Origin: Balneolaceae bacterium
Lineage (GTDB): Bacteria; Bacteroidota; Rhodothermia; Balneolales; Balneolaceae
DNA: 64,000 nucleotides
Direction: 5' to 3'
NCBI GenBank assembly: GCA_017795005.1
Contig: CP051242.1
Coordinates: forward strand, 1,634,976-1,698,975
Shown here: in pieces, positions 28,911 to 38,025 of the stretch
How positions within the stretch are numbered: the first letter of the stretch is position 1
Layout of the letters: every line of letters starts with the position of its first letter
Translations under genes and position numbers: made by a program
The notes under the pieces: generated by a model
The model's input: only the letters and a program-made list of their open reading frames with translations
Told to the model about the DNA's origin: nothing
Database searches by the model: none

Positions 28911-28947
28911 AAAAAAAGCCGCCTCGTTCAAAGGCGGCTTTTTTTAT
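28911..28947. terminator. rho-independent terminator downstream of the aminotransferase gene
   Basis: AAAAAAAGCCGCCTCGTTCAAAGGCGGCTTTTTTT, with A and T runs on both sides. Confidence 0.7.
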
Positions 28948-29037
28948 CGGTTTTTTCGGGGTATTGAGTAGTCAATACACTAATAGTGTTCTAAATATCT
29001 TTTTAAACCACTAAGAAAGCATCACAAAAGAATAACA

Positions 29038-30180
29038 TTACATCAAAGTTTGAACCAGCTTTTCTACCTCTTCTGTATTGTTATAAACATTCGGAGACAC
29101 CCGGATCGCGTCTCCCCGATAAGAAACAAAAATGTTGGCTTCCGTTAATTTCTGTTTGAGATCATCCATATTGTGATGTACTCCTAATCGAATGCCAAAC
29201 AAGTTGGAAGCCCGCTTTCCTTCTTCCTCAATTATAAATCCAGCATCTCTGAGTTTCGAAATAGGTTCTCTTACCAACTCATCGCAATAGGTTTTTATGT
29301 TTTCAGGATTCCATTCATTAAGTATTTTTATAGCTTCCAGCAACATGGGGACCAGAATAAAATTGCTATGTTCACCAACTTCATACCTAAGTGCCTGAGG
29401 TTGATAATCGTTATTGTAATTAACAAGATTGGAAAAATCCTCACTCTTATAACGGTTAATCCAGTTTTCTTCAATCGGATTTCCATCATCAAAAGCCTCC
29501 CCGTAATAGGCCATTCCAATGCTATAAGGTCCCATCATGGATTTATATCCGGCAGCAATTAAAGCATCAGGCTTAATCTTCTGAATATCAAAGGGAAGTG
29601 CCCCAATGGATTGCGTTCCATCAATGACTAATAAAGCCTCAACATCAGTAGTTCGAGCTCGAATGGCTTCAAGATCGAATATGGTTCCGTCTGCCCAGTG
29701 AATATGTCCACATGCAACCATTTTGGTCTTAGTATTGATGGCATCGAGGATGTATTCGTTCCAGAGTTTTGCACGGTTTTCAGTCGTTTGAGGAGGAGTA
29801 ATAGTTACAATTCTCGCTCCGGCTTCTTCAACTACTTTTCTCCATGGATACACATTACTCGGAAACTGTTCGCTCACTACAAGAATCTCATCCTCTTCAT
29901 ACAAATCCAGATTGTGAGCGACACTTGCCAGTCCATAAGAAACCGAAGGGATAATGACACAACGATTAGGCTCTGAAGTATTAATCAGCTTCGCGAATTC
30001 CCTTCTGAGATCATTGGATTCATTGAAGAAATTCTCGCCCTTTACTTTCCAGGGTTGAAGCTTTCGTTGAATTCCTTTTATGCCTGCTTCTTCCACCGAT
30101 TTCATTAATGGCGACATATACGCGCAGTTGAGATACGTAATTTCAGGATCTAGAGAGAATAAATGTTTTTGGGAGTTCAT
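29038..30180 (-). CDS. class V aminotransferase / cysteine-desulfurase-like PLP enzyme
   Basis: 380 aa. Overall class-V layout with an AGYKSMMGP lysine region. Confidence 0.8.
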   Translation of the reverse strand: MNSQKHLFSLDPEITYLNCAYMSPLMKSVEEAGIKGIQRKLQPWKVKGENFFNESNDLRREFAKLINTSEPNRCVIIPSVSYGLASVAHNLDLYEEDEILVVSEQFPSNVYPWRKVVEEAGARIVTITPPQTTENRAKLWNEYILDAINTKTKMVACGHIHWADGTIFDLEAIRARTTDVEALLVIDGTQSIGALPFDIQKIKPDALIAAGYKSMMGPYSIGMAYYGEAFDDGNPIEENWINRYKSEDFSNLVNYNNDYQPQALRYEVGEHSNFILVPMLLEAIKILNEWNPENIKTYCDELVREPISKLRDAGFIIEEEGKRASNLFGIRLGVHHNMDDLKQKLTEANIFVSYRGDAIRVSPNVYNNTEEVEKLVQTLM

Positions 30181-30221
30181 AGAGCATTTTTTAAAGTAAG
30201 ATACTTTATTCTTCTCTCGTG

Positions 30222-30355
30222 GTCATCCTGAATGCTGAAATCTTTTCAGCATTCAGGATGACGAACTAAACTTTGTCATTTCGAACGGAGTGAGAAATCT
30301 ACGGAATGTAAACAAAGCCAACTTTTAGATTTCTCGTTTCACTCGAAATGACAAA
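30222..30355. repeat. two tandem GTCAT-family palindromic repeats
   Basis: Perfect 19-bp hairpin GTCATCCTGAATGCTGAAA/TTTCAGCATTCAGGATGAC (30222-30262). It is followed by an imperfect inverted repeat, TTTGTCATTTCGAACGGAGTGAGAAATCT...AGATTTCTCGTTTCACTCGAAATGACAAA (30272-30355). Confidence 0.8.
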
Positions 30356-30482
30356 TAGAATCTCACCTTTAGGGGAGTACCGCAAAGCAGGAAGGGGTGT
30401 CAGTACTGTACTGAGTTTTGGAGACAGAACACCCTGCTTCTTCTTATTTAATCAATCAGAATCTACTTCCCGCAAGGGAAGA

Positions 30483-30863
30483 CTATTCTTCAATTGTAGG
30501 ATTTTGAGGAGATAAGAAAGGGTCCTCAAACTCTGTTATTTCTCCTTTTGCAACTCTAAGAACTTTATAGTGATTGTCCGAATAACGAGTATCTAAGAAA
30601 TAGATGAGACCGAAGGAGCCGGGAGCAATTTTGATAATCCACTCTAAAAATTCATAAGGTCTGTCACTTAATCGATTATGATCAATTAGTATTTGTAGAT
30701 AAAATTCCCCATTAGCGCTTCTTAAATCGTAATATTCATTTACAACATCAATAGAGTCGATCTTTGACCGGATTCTTTCAACTATTTCCTCTAATAGTTT
30801 AGTATCCTCATCTTCTTCTCTAAATCCTTCTCTAATACAGAGCCAACCGTTCACATTATCCAT
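30483..30863 (-). CDS. Imm7-like immunity protein (orphan)
   Basis: 126 aa. NGWLCIRE, ANGEFYLQILIDHN, APGSFGLIYFLD and DPFLSPQNPTIEE blocks match my recollection of the Imm7 family pattern. Confidence 0.6.
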   Translation of the reverse strand: MDNVNGWLCIREGFREEDEDTKLLEEIVERIRSKIDSIDVVNEYYDLRSANGEFYLQILIDHNRLSDRPYEFLEWIIKIAPGSFGLIYFLDTRYSDNHYKVLRVAKGEITEFEDPFLSPQNPTIEE

Positions 30864-30864
30864 A

Positions 30865-32130
30865 TCAAGTCAAAAATCTATACAACCTTGGCTGATCGTT
30901 TACATATTCGAAATTCAGGTTTTTTGCTTTCATTCGTTCTACTAAGGGGAGCAGATCTTCTTTTTGTTTGATTTCCAAACCAATCAGAGCAGGACCTAAT
31001 TCACGGTTCGTTTTCTTGGAATATTCGAAATAGGTGATGTCATCATCGGGACCTAATACATCTCTAAGAAATTCCATTAAAGCTCCGGCGCGTTGAGGGA
31101 AATCGACAATGAAATAATGTTTAAGTCCCTGGTATATCAACCAACGCTCATTGATCTCAGGAGTTCGGGTAATATCGTTATTACTTCCACTAACAATACA
31201 AACGACTGTTTTTCCCTTAATTTCTTCACGTACAGAATCCAACGCGGTAATAGACATTGCACCAGCAGGTTCAACAACAATCGCTTGTTCGTTATACATC
31301 TTCAGAATGGTGCCGCAAATTTTACCTTCCGGAACTGTTATAACCCTATTAAGCACATCTTTACAAATCTCAAAGGTGATCGAACCTACTTTCTGAACGG
31401 CAGCTCCATCCACAAATTTATCTATTTCATCAAGCTTAACGATTTCTCCCAGCTCGATGGATTTCTTCATTGCTGGAGCACCTTCCGGTTCAATACCTAT
31501 CAGTTTTGTACGGGGAGATTTCTCCGCAAAGTATGATCCAACTCCGGCTGAAAGTCCGCCACCACCTACAGGAAGCAGCAGATAGTCAATATCAAAAGAA
31601 GAGTCATCCAGGATTTCCTTTCCAACAGTTCCTTGTCCGGCTATAATTTTAGGATCATTGAAAGGAGGGATGAAAGCCGCATTTTTTTCATCACAAAAAG
31701 ACTTAGCCTCAGCAAAAGAGTCATCAAAAGTATCACCTTCCAAAACCACAGTTACGAACTCCTTTCCGAACATTTTTACCTGTTTTACTTTCTGCTCCGG
31801 AGTTGTTACCGGCATAAAAATAGTTCCGTGAATTTGTTTTTTATAGCAGGCCAGAGCTACACCTTGCGCATGATTTCCGGCACTCGCACAGACAACTCCA
31901 TTCTTCAGTTCTTCAGCTGGAGTGTGATCAATTTTATTATAAGCTCCACGGATTTTATAAGAACGAACTACCTGAAGATCTTCCCGCTTCAGCCAGATAT
32001 CAGCTTCATATTCTTCAGAAAGCTGATGATTTTTGATTAATGGAGTATGTGTTGCAATATCCTTAAGAGTAATCGCTGCCTGATCAATATCAGCGACACT
32101 GATGGTAGATGATGTTATGGTATCTGCCAT
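30865..32130 (-). CDS. ilvA: threonine ammonia-lyase (biosynthetic, single ACT-like domain)
   Basis: 421 aa. PLP-lysine motif SYKIRGAYNK, SAGNHAQG and GGGGLSAG. Confidence 0.92.
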   Translation of the reverse strand: MADTITSSTISVADIDQAAITLKDIATHTPLIKNHQLSEEYEADIWLKREDLQVVRSYKIRGAYNKIDHTPAEELKNGVVCASAGNHAQGVALACYKKQIHGTIFMPVTTPEQKVKQVKMFGKEFVTVVLEGDTFDDSFAEAKSFCDEKNAAFIPPFNDPKIIAGQGTVGKEILDDSSFDIDYLLLPVGGGGLSAGVGSYFAEKSPRTKLIGIEPEGAPAMKKSIELGEIVKLDEIDKFVDGAAVQKVGSITFEICKDVLNRVITVPEGKICGTILKMYNEQAIVVEPAGAMSITALDSVREEIKGKTVVCIVSGSNNDITRTPEINERWLIYQGLKHYFIVDFPQRAGALMEFLRDVLGPDDDITYFEYSKKTNRELGPALIGLEIKQKEDLLPLVERMKAKNLNFEYVNDQPRLYRFLT

Positions 32131-32221
32131 GTATTCTTACAATGGGTTTTCGATGATTGTGAGTAGTGGAATATATGTTTCTGAGAGATTTAAAGAAGAA
32201 ATAAAATTATACTTGCAAAAT

Positions 32222-32239
32222 TTTCAGTAATTACTGAAA
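32222..32239. promoter_or_regulatory. perfect 18-bp palindrome, candidate operator
   Basis: TTTCAGTAATTACTGAAA lies 17 nt upstream of the GbsR/MarR-type regulator ATG, in the ilvA-divergent intergenic region. Confidence 0.4.
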
Positions 32240-32255
32240 TTACAGAAAAAAATAA

Positions 32256-32759
32256 ATGGAAGATTTTGATAACAAAAAAAATGAATTTATTGCGCACTGG
32301 GGAGTATTAGGTTCATCTTGGGGGATTAACAGAACGATGGCGCAAATTCATGCTTTGCTAATCATTAGTGTTAAACCACTTACTTATGAAGAGATTATGG
32401 AGGAACTTAAGATTAGCAGAGGTAATGCTAACTCGAATCTCAGAGAGCTTATCAGTTGGGGATTGATAAAAAAAATTGTTTATCCGGGAGACAGAAAAGA
32501 ATATTTCGAAGCATATAAAGACGTATGGAAAATGTTTACTACGGTCGCCAGAGAAAGAAAAAGAAGGGAGATTGAACCAGCGCTCGAAGTATTAGAAAAG
32601 TTTTCAGATTCTCCGGACTCAGATTCAGAAGAGGAGCGGGCTTTTTATAATCAAATAAATTCGATTAAAGAGATGATGGGTAAAGCCGATACCATACTGG
32701 AAAAAATTTCAAAATCAGAAGAAAGCAAAGTTGTTCAAACCTTGCTGAAACTTCTATAA
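32256..32759 (+). CDS. GbsR/MarR family transcriptional regulator
   Basis: 167 aa with an FIAHWGVLGSSWGINRTMAQIHALL N-terminal pattern. Confidence 0.78.
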   Translation: MEDFDNKKNEFIAHWGVLGSSWGINRTMAQIHALLIISVKPLTYEEIMEELKISRGNANSNLRELISWGLIKKIVYPGDRKEYFEAYKDVWKMFTTVARERKRREIEPALEVLEKFSDSPDSDSEEERAFYNQINSIKEMMGKADTILEKISKSEESKVVQTLLKLL

Positions 32760-32777
32760 CATAAACTGGAGGTCTCC

Positions 32778-33140
32778 ATGACTACGCTGACATTAATTTC
32801 ATATACAATTTATATCATATTTACATTATCAGTTACCATTTGGGTAGGAAATACACTTTACAAAAAAGGTAGAACCTTTCTAATGGAGGCTTTTCATAAT
32901 GACGAAGAAAAAGCTGGTTCAGTAAATCATTTGTTGAGAGTAGGATTTTATCTATTGAACATAGGCTTTTTACTTTTGTTTTTATCTACAGGAAAAATGC
33001 CAGATTCTATTATAGGAATGATAGAACAGCTCTCAACTAAAATTGGGTTTGCTTTACTATTCCTAGGAGGGATGCATTTCTTCAATATGTTTAACTTTAA
33101 CAATATGAGAAAGAAAGCCAGACTTAACCATAGTTCTTAG
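32778..33140 (+). CDS. hypothetical membrane protein
   Basis: 120 aa with 3-4 hydrophobic segments. It lies 18 nt downstream of the regulator. Confidence 0.5.
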   Translation: MTTLTLISYTIYIIFTLSVTIWVGNTLYKKGRTFLMEAFHNDEEKAGSVNHLLRVGFYLLNIGFLLLFLSTGKMPDSIIGMIEQLSTKIGFALLFLGGMHFFNMFNFNNMRKKARLNHSS

Positions 33141-33150
33141 TATCAATCAA

Positions 33151-33320
33151 CTGTCTCCCTTTGGAGCCTGCCTGACGGCAGACAGGGGAGACAGAAATCA
33201 CGCTTGCGGGATTTCAGAGGGAGGACGATTGTGGGAACTAACTTCGAGCCTAACAGTCCTCTCCCTGATCAGCACACAAGTGCGCTGATCTGTCCCTCCC
33301 CGAGGAGGGACATTCATTAA
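33151..33320. repeat. string of four hairpin repeats (CCCTCC/GGAGGG family and relatives)
   Basis: CTGTCTCCC/GGGGAGACAG, GAAATC...GATTTC, GATCAGCACAC/GTGCGCTGATC and GTCCCTCCCCGAGGAGGGAC. Confidence 0.75.
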
Positions 33321-33321
33321 A

Positions 33322-33942
33322 TCACCCATCAATAGTATTCAGTAAATCGATATTGGTTTTAAGTTTCTCCAAATATTTTCCATAAGCGGAATAGTTCATT
33401 TTTTTAACTCCCCAAAGTGCAATTACCGTAAATAAAATCATGACTCCCATCAAAAGAGCAATTTCTTTTCCTTCTGAAAAAATCTGAGTGAAAGTTTCGC
33501 CCCGGTATACCGCAGATAAACAATATCCCATTACCACTGAAACCGGCATAATAAAAGTACCAACCAGCTCTTCAATGGAGAGCATTCTGGTGAGCTTGTT
33601 ATAATACTTCTCTAATAAGGATTTTATATTATGATCGAAGCTGTCATCCAGTTGTTTAAGATAATGTCGGACCATCAAGAAACCACCGAAATAGTAAGTA
33701 AATCCGATGCCCCATAAGAAGATCGCTCTGGGGTAATCAAAGCTTAATACCATCCCAATAAAACAGAATACAGAGAAGAATAATGTCCAGTTCATTCTTA
33801 GACGGGTTGCATATTTCAATTTCTGAAGCGGGTTTTTTGATTCTTTTGTAATCGCTGCCATGATTTCCTCCTTATCAATTTGTTTGCGGGATTCAATTTC
33901 AGTTTCAAGTTCTTTCCAGGCGATTTCTAACTCATTACTCAT
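33322..33942 (-). CDS. hypothetical membrane protein downstream of an ECF sigma factor (possible anti-sigma)
   Basis: 206 aa. It has a 4-nt ATGA overlap with the sigma-factor gene, a cytoplasmic N-terminus and four TM segments. Confidence 0.5.
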   Translation of the reverse strand: MSNELEIAWKELETEIESRKQIDKEEIMAAITKESKNPLQKLKYATRLRMNWTLFFSVFCFIGMVLSFDYPRAIFLWGIGFTYYFGGFLMVRHYLKQLDDSFDHNIKSLLEKYYNKLTRMLSIEELVGTFIMPVSVVMGYCLSAVYRGETFTQIFSEGKEIALLMGVMILFTVIALWGVKKMNYSAYGKYLEKLKTNIDLLNTIDG

Positions 33943-34433
33943 GTCATTTCACCTTTCATTTGAGCTATTAGTCGTTCTTTTACACGGTGTAGTTTAACTC
34001 CGGTATTATTAGCTGTTAAACCAGTAATTTCAGCAATTTCTTTATTGCTGTATCCATCCAGATGAAGTGAAATAATCATCCGGTCGATTTCATCCAATTG
34101 TTTAATAAGCATCATCAAAACATTCCTGCTGTCGTTTTTTTCTTCCATTAATTCTGCCGGTTCTTTGAATTCAACTTCTTCAAAACTTGATGTATCCGGT
34201 GTTTTTGAAGCTTTTCTGTTGAAAGTAAATACCGTATTTAGACTGACCCGGTATAACCAGGTTGAAAATTTCGATTCTCTTCTGAAACTCGCGAACGATT
34301 TCCAAGCTTGTAGCAGAATCTCCTGATACAAGTCAGCTCGTTCCTGTTTATCATCCACATAGAGTAGAATTACTTTATGTATGATTCCCGAGTTTTCCTG
34401 AATTAATCTCGTAAATTGTTCTTCAGCCGCCAT
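33939..34433 (-). CDS. RNA polymerase ECF-type sigma-70 factor
   Basis: 164 aa with recognisable region 2 (DLYQEILLQAWKSF) and region 4 (EIAEITGLTANNTGVKLHR). Confidence 0.88.
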   Translation of the reverse strand: MAAEEQFTRLIQENSGIIHKVILLYVDDKQERADLYQEILLQAWKSFASFRRESKFSTWLYRVSLNTVFTFNRKASKTPDTSSFEEVEFKEPAELMEEKNDSRNVLMMLIKQLDEIDRMIISLHLDGYSNKEIAEITGLTANNTGVKLHRVKERLIAQMKGEMT

Positions 34434-34556
34434 TTATTATTTTTGACCGAACTGCATGTTTTGGATTTTTTATTCTCTGAATAAGTGATGTAGAGAACTA
34501 ACACCCAAAATAAGATTTTGCTAATTTCAATTATGATGAACACCTCATTTTAAATA

Positions 34557-35072
34557 ATGAGTATCCAAAATCCCCAGAATATTACAGAGGAATTTATTTT
34601 GATAAGAAATGCTACAAATAGTGACCTAAAACAGATTAGAAATCTAAATGAAGCGGCTTTGCCCCATGTAAATAGTATTCCTGTTTCTGATTTTGAAGAG
34701 TTCCTGAGGATAAACTCTTTTTTTAGTGTGATAGAAGAGGAAGGGCGAATTGCTGGATTTTTGATTGTACTAGGTCCGGGAAAGGAATATGACAGCGAAA
34801 ATTATCGATATTTTTCTAAGCACTATACTAACTTTGATTATGTAGACCGAATTGTAATCGGAGAAGATTTCAGAGGAAAGGGATTTGGTACAAAATTATA
34901 TGAGTATTTATTTGAGCATACTTCCGAACAATGTATAACCTGCGAGGTGAATATTAAACCTCCAAATCCTAAATCCATTCAATTTCATCAGATGCTTGGT
35001 TTCGGAGAAGTAGATCAACAATACTCTGAGGGTGGAAAAAAGTATGTTAGTCTGATGGTAAGGGAACTATGA
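34557..35072 (+). CDS. GNAT family N-acetyltransferase
   Basis: 171 aa with the RGKGFGTKLYEYL acetyl-CoA motif. Confidence 0.8.
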   Translation: MSIQNPQNITEEFILIRNATNSDLKQIRNLNEAALPHVNSIPVSDFEEFLRINSFFSVIEEEGRIAGFLIVLGPGKEYDSENYRYFSKHYTNFDYVDRIVIGEDFRGKGFGTKLYEYLFEHTSEQCITCEVNIKPPNPKSIQFHQMLGFGEVDQQYSEGGKKYVSLMVREL

Positions 35073-35489
35073 TTAATGAAAAGTAAGTACAGCTAATACA
35101 ACAATACTTATTCCTGTTAACAGAGCTACAGATCCAAGCTTCTTTATAACAAGTAATTGAGAAAAATCTCCGTTTTTGGCTTTCTTAAGTTTAGCAGACA
35201 TAATTCCTATTAATCCACCAAGTATTACAAAAAGCACCAGTTTTGCTATCATTGTTGGCATCGTTCCCAAAGCAGCCCAAAAGGGAGTCATTAGATATCC
35301 ACCTGAAATAAACAGAAGTACTAAGCCAATATGTCCCATTTTTGTAACAGCAGAAGTATTTATCATAAAGGTTCCACGTTCACTTTCTTCCATTTTAGAA
35401 GCTGCAATTCCCAGAAACATCATAGCGAAACTGGTTCCAAGACCCATTGCTAAACCAATAAAATGGGTGATCAACATTGCATCTCTCAT
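35073..35489 (-). CDS. hypothetical 4-TM membrane protein
   Basis: 138 aa, strongly hydrophobic. Confidence 0.5.
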   Translation of the reverse strand: MRDAMLITHFIGLAMGLGTSFAMMFLGIAASKMEESERGTFMINTSAVTKMGHIGLVLLFISGGYLMTPFWAALGTMPTMIAKLVLFVILGGLIGIMSAKLKKAKNGDFSQLLVIKKLGSVALLTGISIVVLAVLTFH

Positions 35490-35518
35490 ATTTAAATACC
35501 GCTTGTTAGTTTTTAATA

Positions 35519-35755
35519 TTAATCTTCCGGGAGTGTATCAAATTCGGCTCTTTTTTTTCCCATCCATTCCTGCATAGACTCTGGATCCTGCATGATAACT
35601 CTCATTTCCTGCATAGCTCTTAAATGAGCTTCATCCTTTTTCATGAACATTTCTTTTCCATGATCATGACTCATGCCTGATATTTCTTCAAAAGTTTCTG
35701 CATGGAATTTCATATCACAGGCACCGCCTAATTGTTTACATGTCATTGTTTTCAT
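35519..35755 (-). CDS. DUF1059 domain protein
   Basis: 78 aa with the MKTMTCKQLGGACDMKFHAETFEE pattern. Confidence 0.72.
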   Translation of the reverse strand: MKTMTCKQLGGACDMKFHAETFEEISGMSHDHGKEMFMKKDEAHLRAMQEMRVIMQDPESMQEWMGKKRAEFDTLPED

Positions 35756-35765
35756 AATTCAAGGA

Positions 35766-35963
35766 CTAGTTTTTTTCGAAATAAAGATAGATATAAACTG
35801 CAGCACCAAAACTGGTCGCATCAGTAGAAACCAGGGAATAGCCTGCTTTCGAGTATTCATCAAGTTTCTGCTGGATGTCTCTGTTAGAATCGTCCTTGAT
35901 ATGATTTTTATTGGCGAAAAGTTTAGTGTAGTAAATAAGTGTTTCTACTTTATAATTGTCCAT
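35766..35963 (-). CDS. small hypothetical protein
   Basis: 65 aa, 10 nt upstream of the DUF1059 gene. The family is uncertain. Confidence 0.35.
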   Translation of the reverse strand: MDNYKVETLIYYTKLFANKNHIKDDSNRDIQQKLDEYSKAGYSLVSTDATSFGAAVYIYLYFEKN

Positions 35964-36073
35964 TTAAACCCCATTAGTTAGTTACTAAAGGGAAAATAAC
36001 AGATTATCACTCCTCTGCAAAAAGTTCATAAAAATGTCTTCAAATACTATATTGACAAAAAATCAGAATATAA

Positions 36074-36799
36074 ATGAAAAGAGTTTTTCTATTATTTTTT
36101 GTAGCTGTATACACGTATTCTACACAAGCTCAAACTGTACATCCGTTGGTAGATCTTGAAGAATTTTCAAGTACGATTATTTTAGAAATCAGATATGCTA
36201 CTTCCTATAATTTTGTTGGTGAAAAAGTAGATGGTTACGAGGCTTCAAAATGCCTGTTAACAAAATCAGCAGCTGAAGCACTGGCTCAGGTTCAATCTGA
36301 ACTTTTAAAAAAATCCTATTCTCTTAAAGTATTTGATTGTTACCGCCCTCAACAGGCCGTAGATCATTTTGTAAGATGGGCAAATAGTGATTTTACAGAT
36401 TCAACAAAGCAATTCTATTTTCCAAGAGTACCAAGTAATGAATTATTTTCCAGAGGATATATTGCTGAAAAATCGGGGCATAGCAGAGGTTCAACAGTAG
36501 ATTTGACCATTGTAAAACTTCCGTATAAAACTCCGGTAAATTTCAATTATAATTGCCTTGATCCCAAAGGGAATGTAAATCGTGGGAGTGAACTGAATAT
36601 GGGAACAGCATTCGATTGTTTTGATGAGATGTCACATACTTATAATGAGCAAATAAGTGAAGAGATTCAGAGGAATAGAAAAATTCTTGCGGATGCAATG
36701 GAAAAAGAAGGATTTATAAATTATTCGAAAGAGTGGTGGCATTTCACTTATAAGCCAGAGGAATATCCAGATACATATTTTGATTTAGTTATCGAGTAG
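36074..36799 (+). CDS. D-alanyl-D-alanine dipeptidase (M15D, VanX/DdpX-like) with signal peptide
   Basis: 241 aa with SGHSRGSTVDLT and EWWHF motifs. The N-terminal MKRVFLLFFVAVYTYSTQAQ looks like a signal peptide. Confidence 0.85.
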   Translation: MKRVFLLFFVAVYTYSTQAQTVHPLVDLEEFSSTIILEIRYATSYNFVGEKVDGYEASKCLLTKSAAEALAQVQSELLKKSYSLKVFDCYRPQQAVDHFVRWANSDFTDSTKQFYFPRVPSNELFSRGYIAEKSGHSRGSTVDLTIVKLPYKTPVNFNYNCLDPKGNVNRGSELNMGTAFDCFDEMSHTYNEQISEEIQRNRKILADAMEKEGFINYSKEWWHFTYKPEEYPDTYFDLVIE

Positions 36800-36803
36800 C
36801 TCT

Positions 36804-37916
36804 TTACTTATTCATTTTCAGTTCAAATTCCTGTTTATCAAATTCAATCCCATTCAGGATTACAGTCAAAAAATGTTTCCCCGGATAAAATACTTTTGTG
36901 GTAATTGTCCGGAATGATTGGGATTTGTTGATTGAAGTTTCTGATTTTGGGGGATACTCTTTTTCACTGATTTTGAACACTTTTTTGGAATGACTTCCAT
37001 TGGCTTTCAGATAATAAACTCCATACTCAATTCTTACTTTTTTAAGCCCTGAACTTTTATTGATCAGTTTAAAACTAAAGTCCAGCGATTCTCCAACTTC
37101 AACATTTGGAGTATGTATAACGAAATCTGAAAGAGAAATCTCCTTCACTGAACCATAACCAAACAGCTTCATTACTCGTTGATTTCCCTGCTTCAGTAAG
37201 GTTCGGCAAGCATGTTTTATTAACTTATCCGTTTCTTCGGTGTTACCAATCCATTGTTCAGCTATTTCAATTACTAACTCCGGATGATCTTTGGATATAT
37301 CATTCAGATTATTAGCTACACTTCTGCGAACTGTTTCGGAATGATCATTTTTCAGATTTTCGAGAACAGGCAGAATAGGCTCAGAATTCTTTTTTAATTC
37401 AGGAACCCCAAGTGCCCATGGAAGTCGGGGGCGGTAACCTTCTGAAGCCAAACGCCGAACGGATGGATGTTCATGCTTAGACCATTCCAGCATTTGTGGT
37501 TTCATTCTATCAGGATATTGAATTAGAAAAGGTCGTATGGCAAACTCACAGGTAACAAACTGAGTTATTTGTTCCATGGCTTGTATTGAATCTTCTGGAT
37601 AATCCGTTCCATAAAGCTGAATAAAATCGGGAAGGAATGCATACTCAAAAGTATCAACCGGTGCACCATTTTTTTTGAGAGCTGGTATCAGATTGATAAT
37701 TAACCCGATCATTTCCGAATAATCATCCGGTAGCTGTTTGTATAAACTTACAGTAATATGCCTTAACCGTTCTTTTAATTCTCGGTTCTCCCATTCACTA
37801 TCATATATTTCTTCAAGAAAACCTGCGGAGCTAAACCCAGGAATTACATCTTCACAAGAAGTGCAAAGAATGTTAAAAAGAGCTTCGTTATATAAATATT
37901 TAAGAGGTTCTGCCAT
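36804..37916 (-). CDS. DNA alkylation repair (HEAT-repeat) family protein with C-terminal extension
   Basis: 370 aa with HPSVRRLASEGYRPRLPWA and ETVRRSVANNLNDISKDHP repeats. Confidence 0.72.
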   Translation of the reverse strand: MAEPLKYLYNEALFNILCTSCEDVIPGFSSAGFLEEIYDSEWENRELKERLRHITVSLYKQLPDDYSEMIGLIINLIPALKKNGAPVDTFEYAFLPDFIQLYGTDYPEDSIQAMEQITQFVTCEFAIRPFLIQYPDRMKPQMLEWSKHEHPSVRRLASEGYRPRLPWALGVPELKKNSEPILPVLENLKNDHSETVRRSVANNLNDISKDHPELVIEIAEQWIGNTEETDKLIKHACRTLLKQGNQRVMKLFGYGSVKEISLSDFVIHTPNVEVGESLDFSFKLINKSSGLKKVRIEYGVYYLKANGSHSKKVFKISEKEYPPKSETSINKSQSFRTITTKVFYPGKHFLTVILNGIEFDKQEFELKMNK

Positions 37917-38025
37917 AAAATCCGGATTTCTGTAGGGTAAATATTGTGATTCATTCTGACAACCCTATGTCATAAAAAAAGCAGATTATAAAAAATAACC
38001 TGCCTTAAGATTTGGGCGATTCATT

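Noticed and set aside
30181-30482. Series of hairpin repeats considered as a possible CRISPR array or structured RNA gene
   Set aside because: The units are palindromic, of different lengths and sequences, without regular repeat-spacer periodicity. They belong to the dispersed GTCAT family seen elsewhere in the window. No cas genes are present.
35176-35577. 133-aa plus-strand ORF
   Set aside because: It is the antisense shadow of the hydrophobic 4-TM gene at 35073-35489. A hydrophobic protein's antisense strand often stays open.
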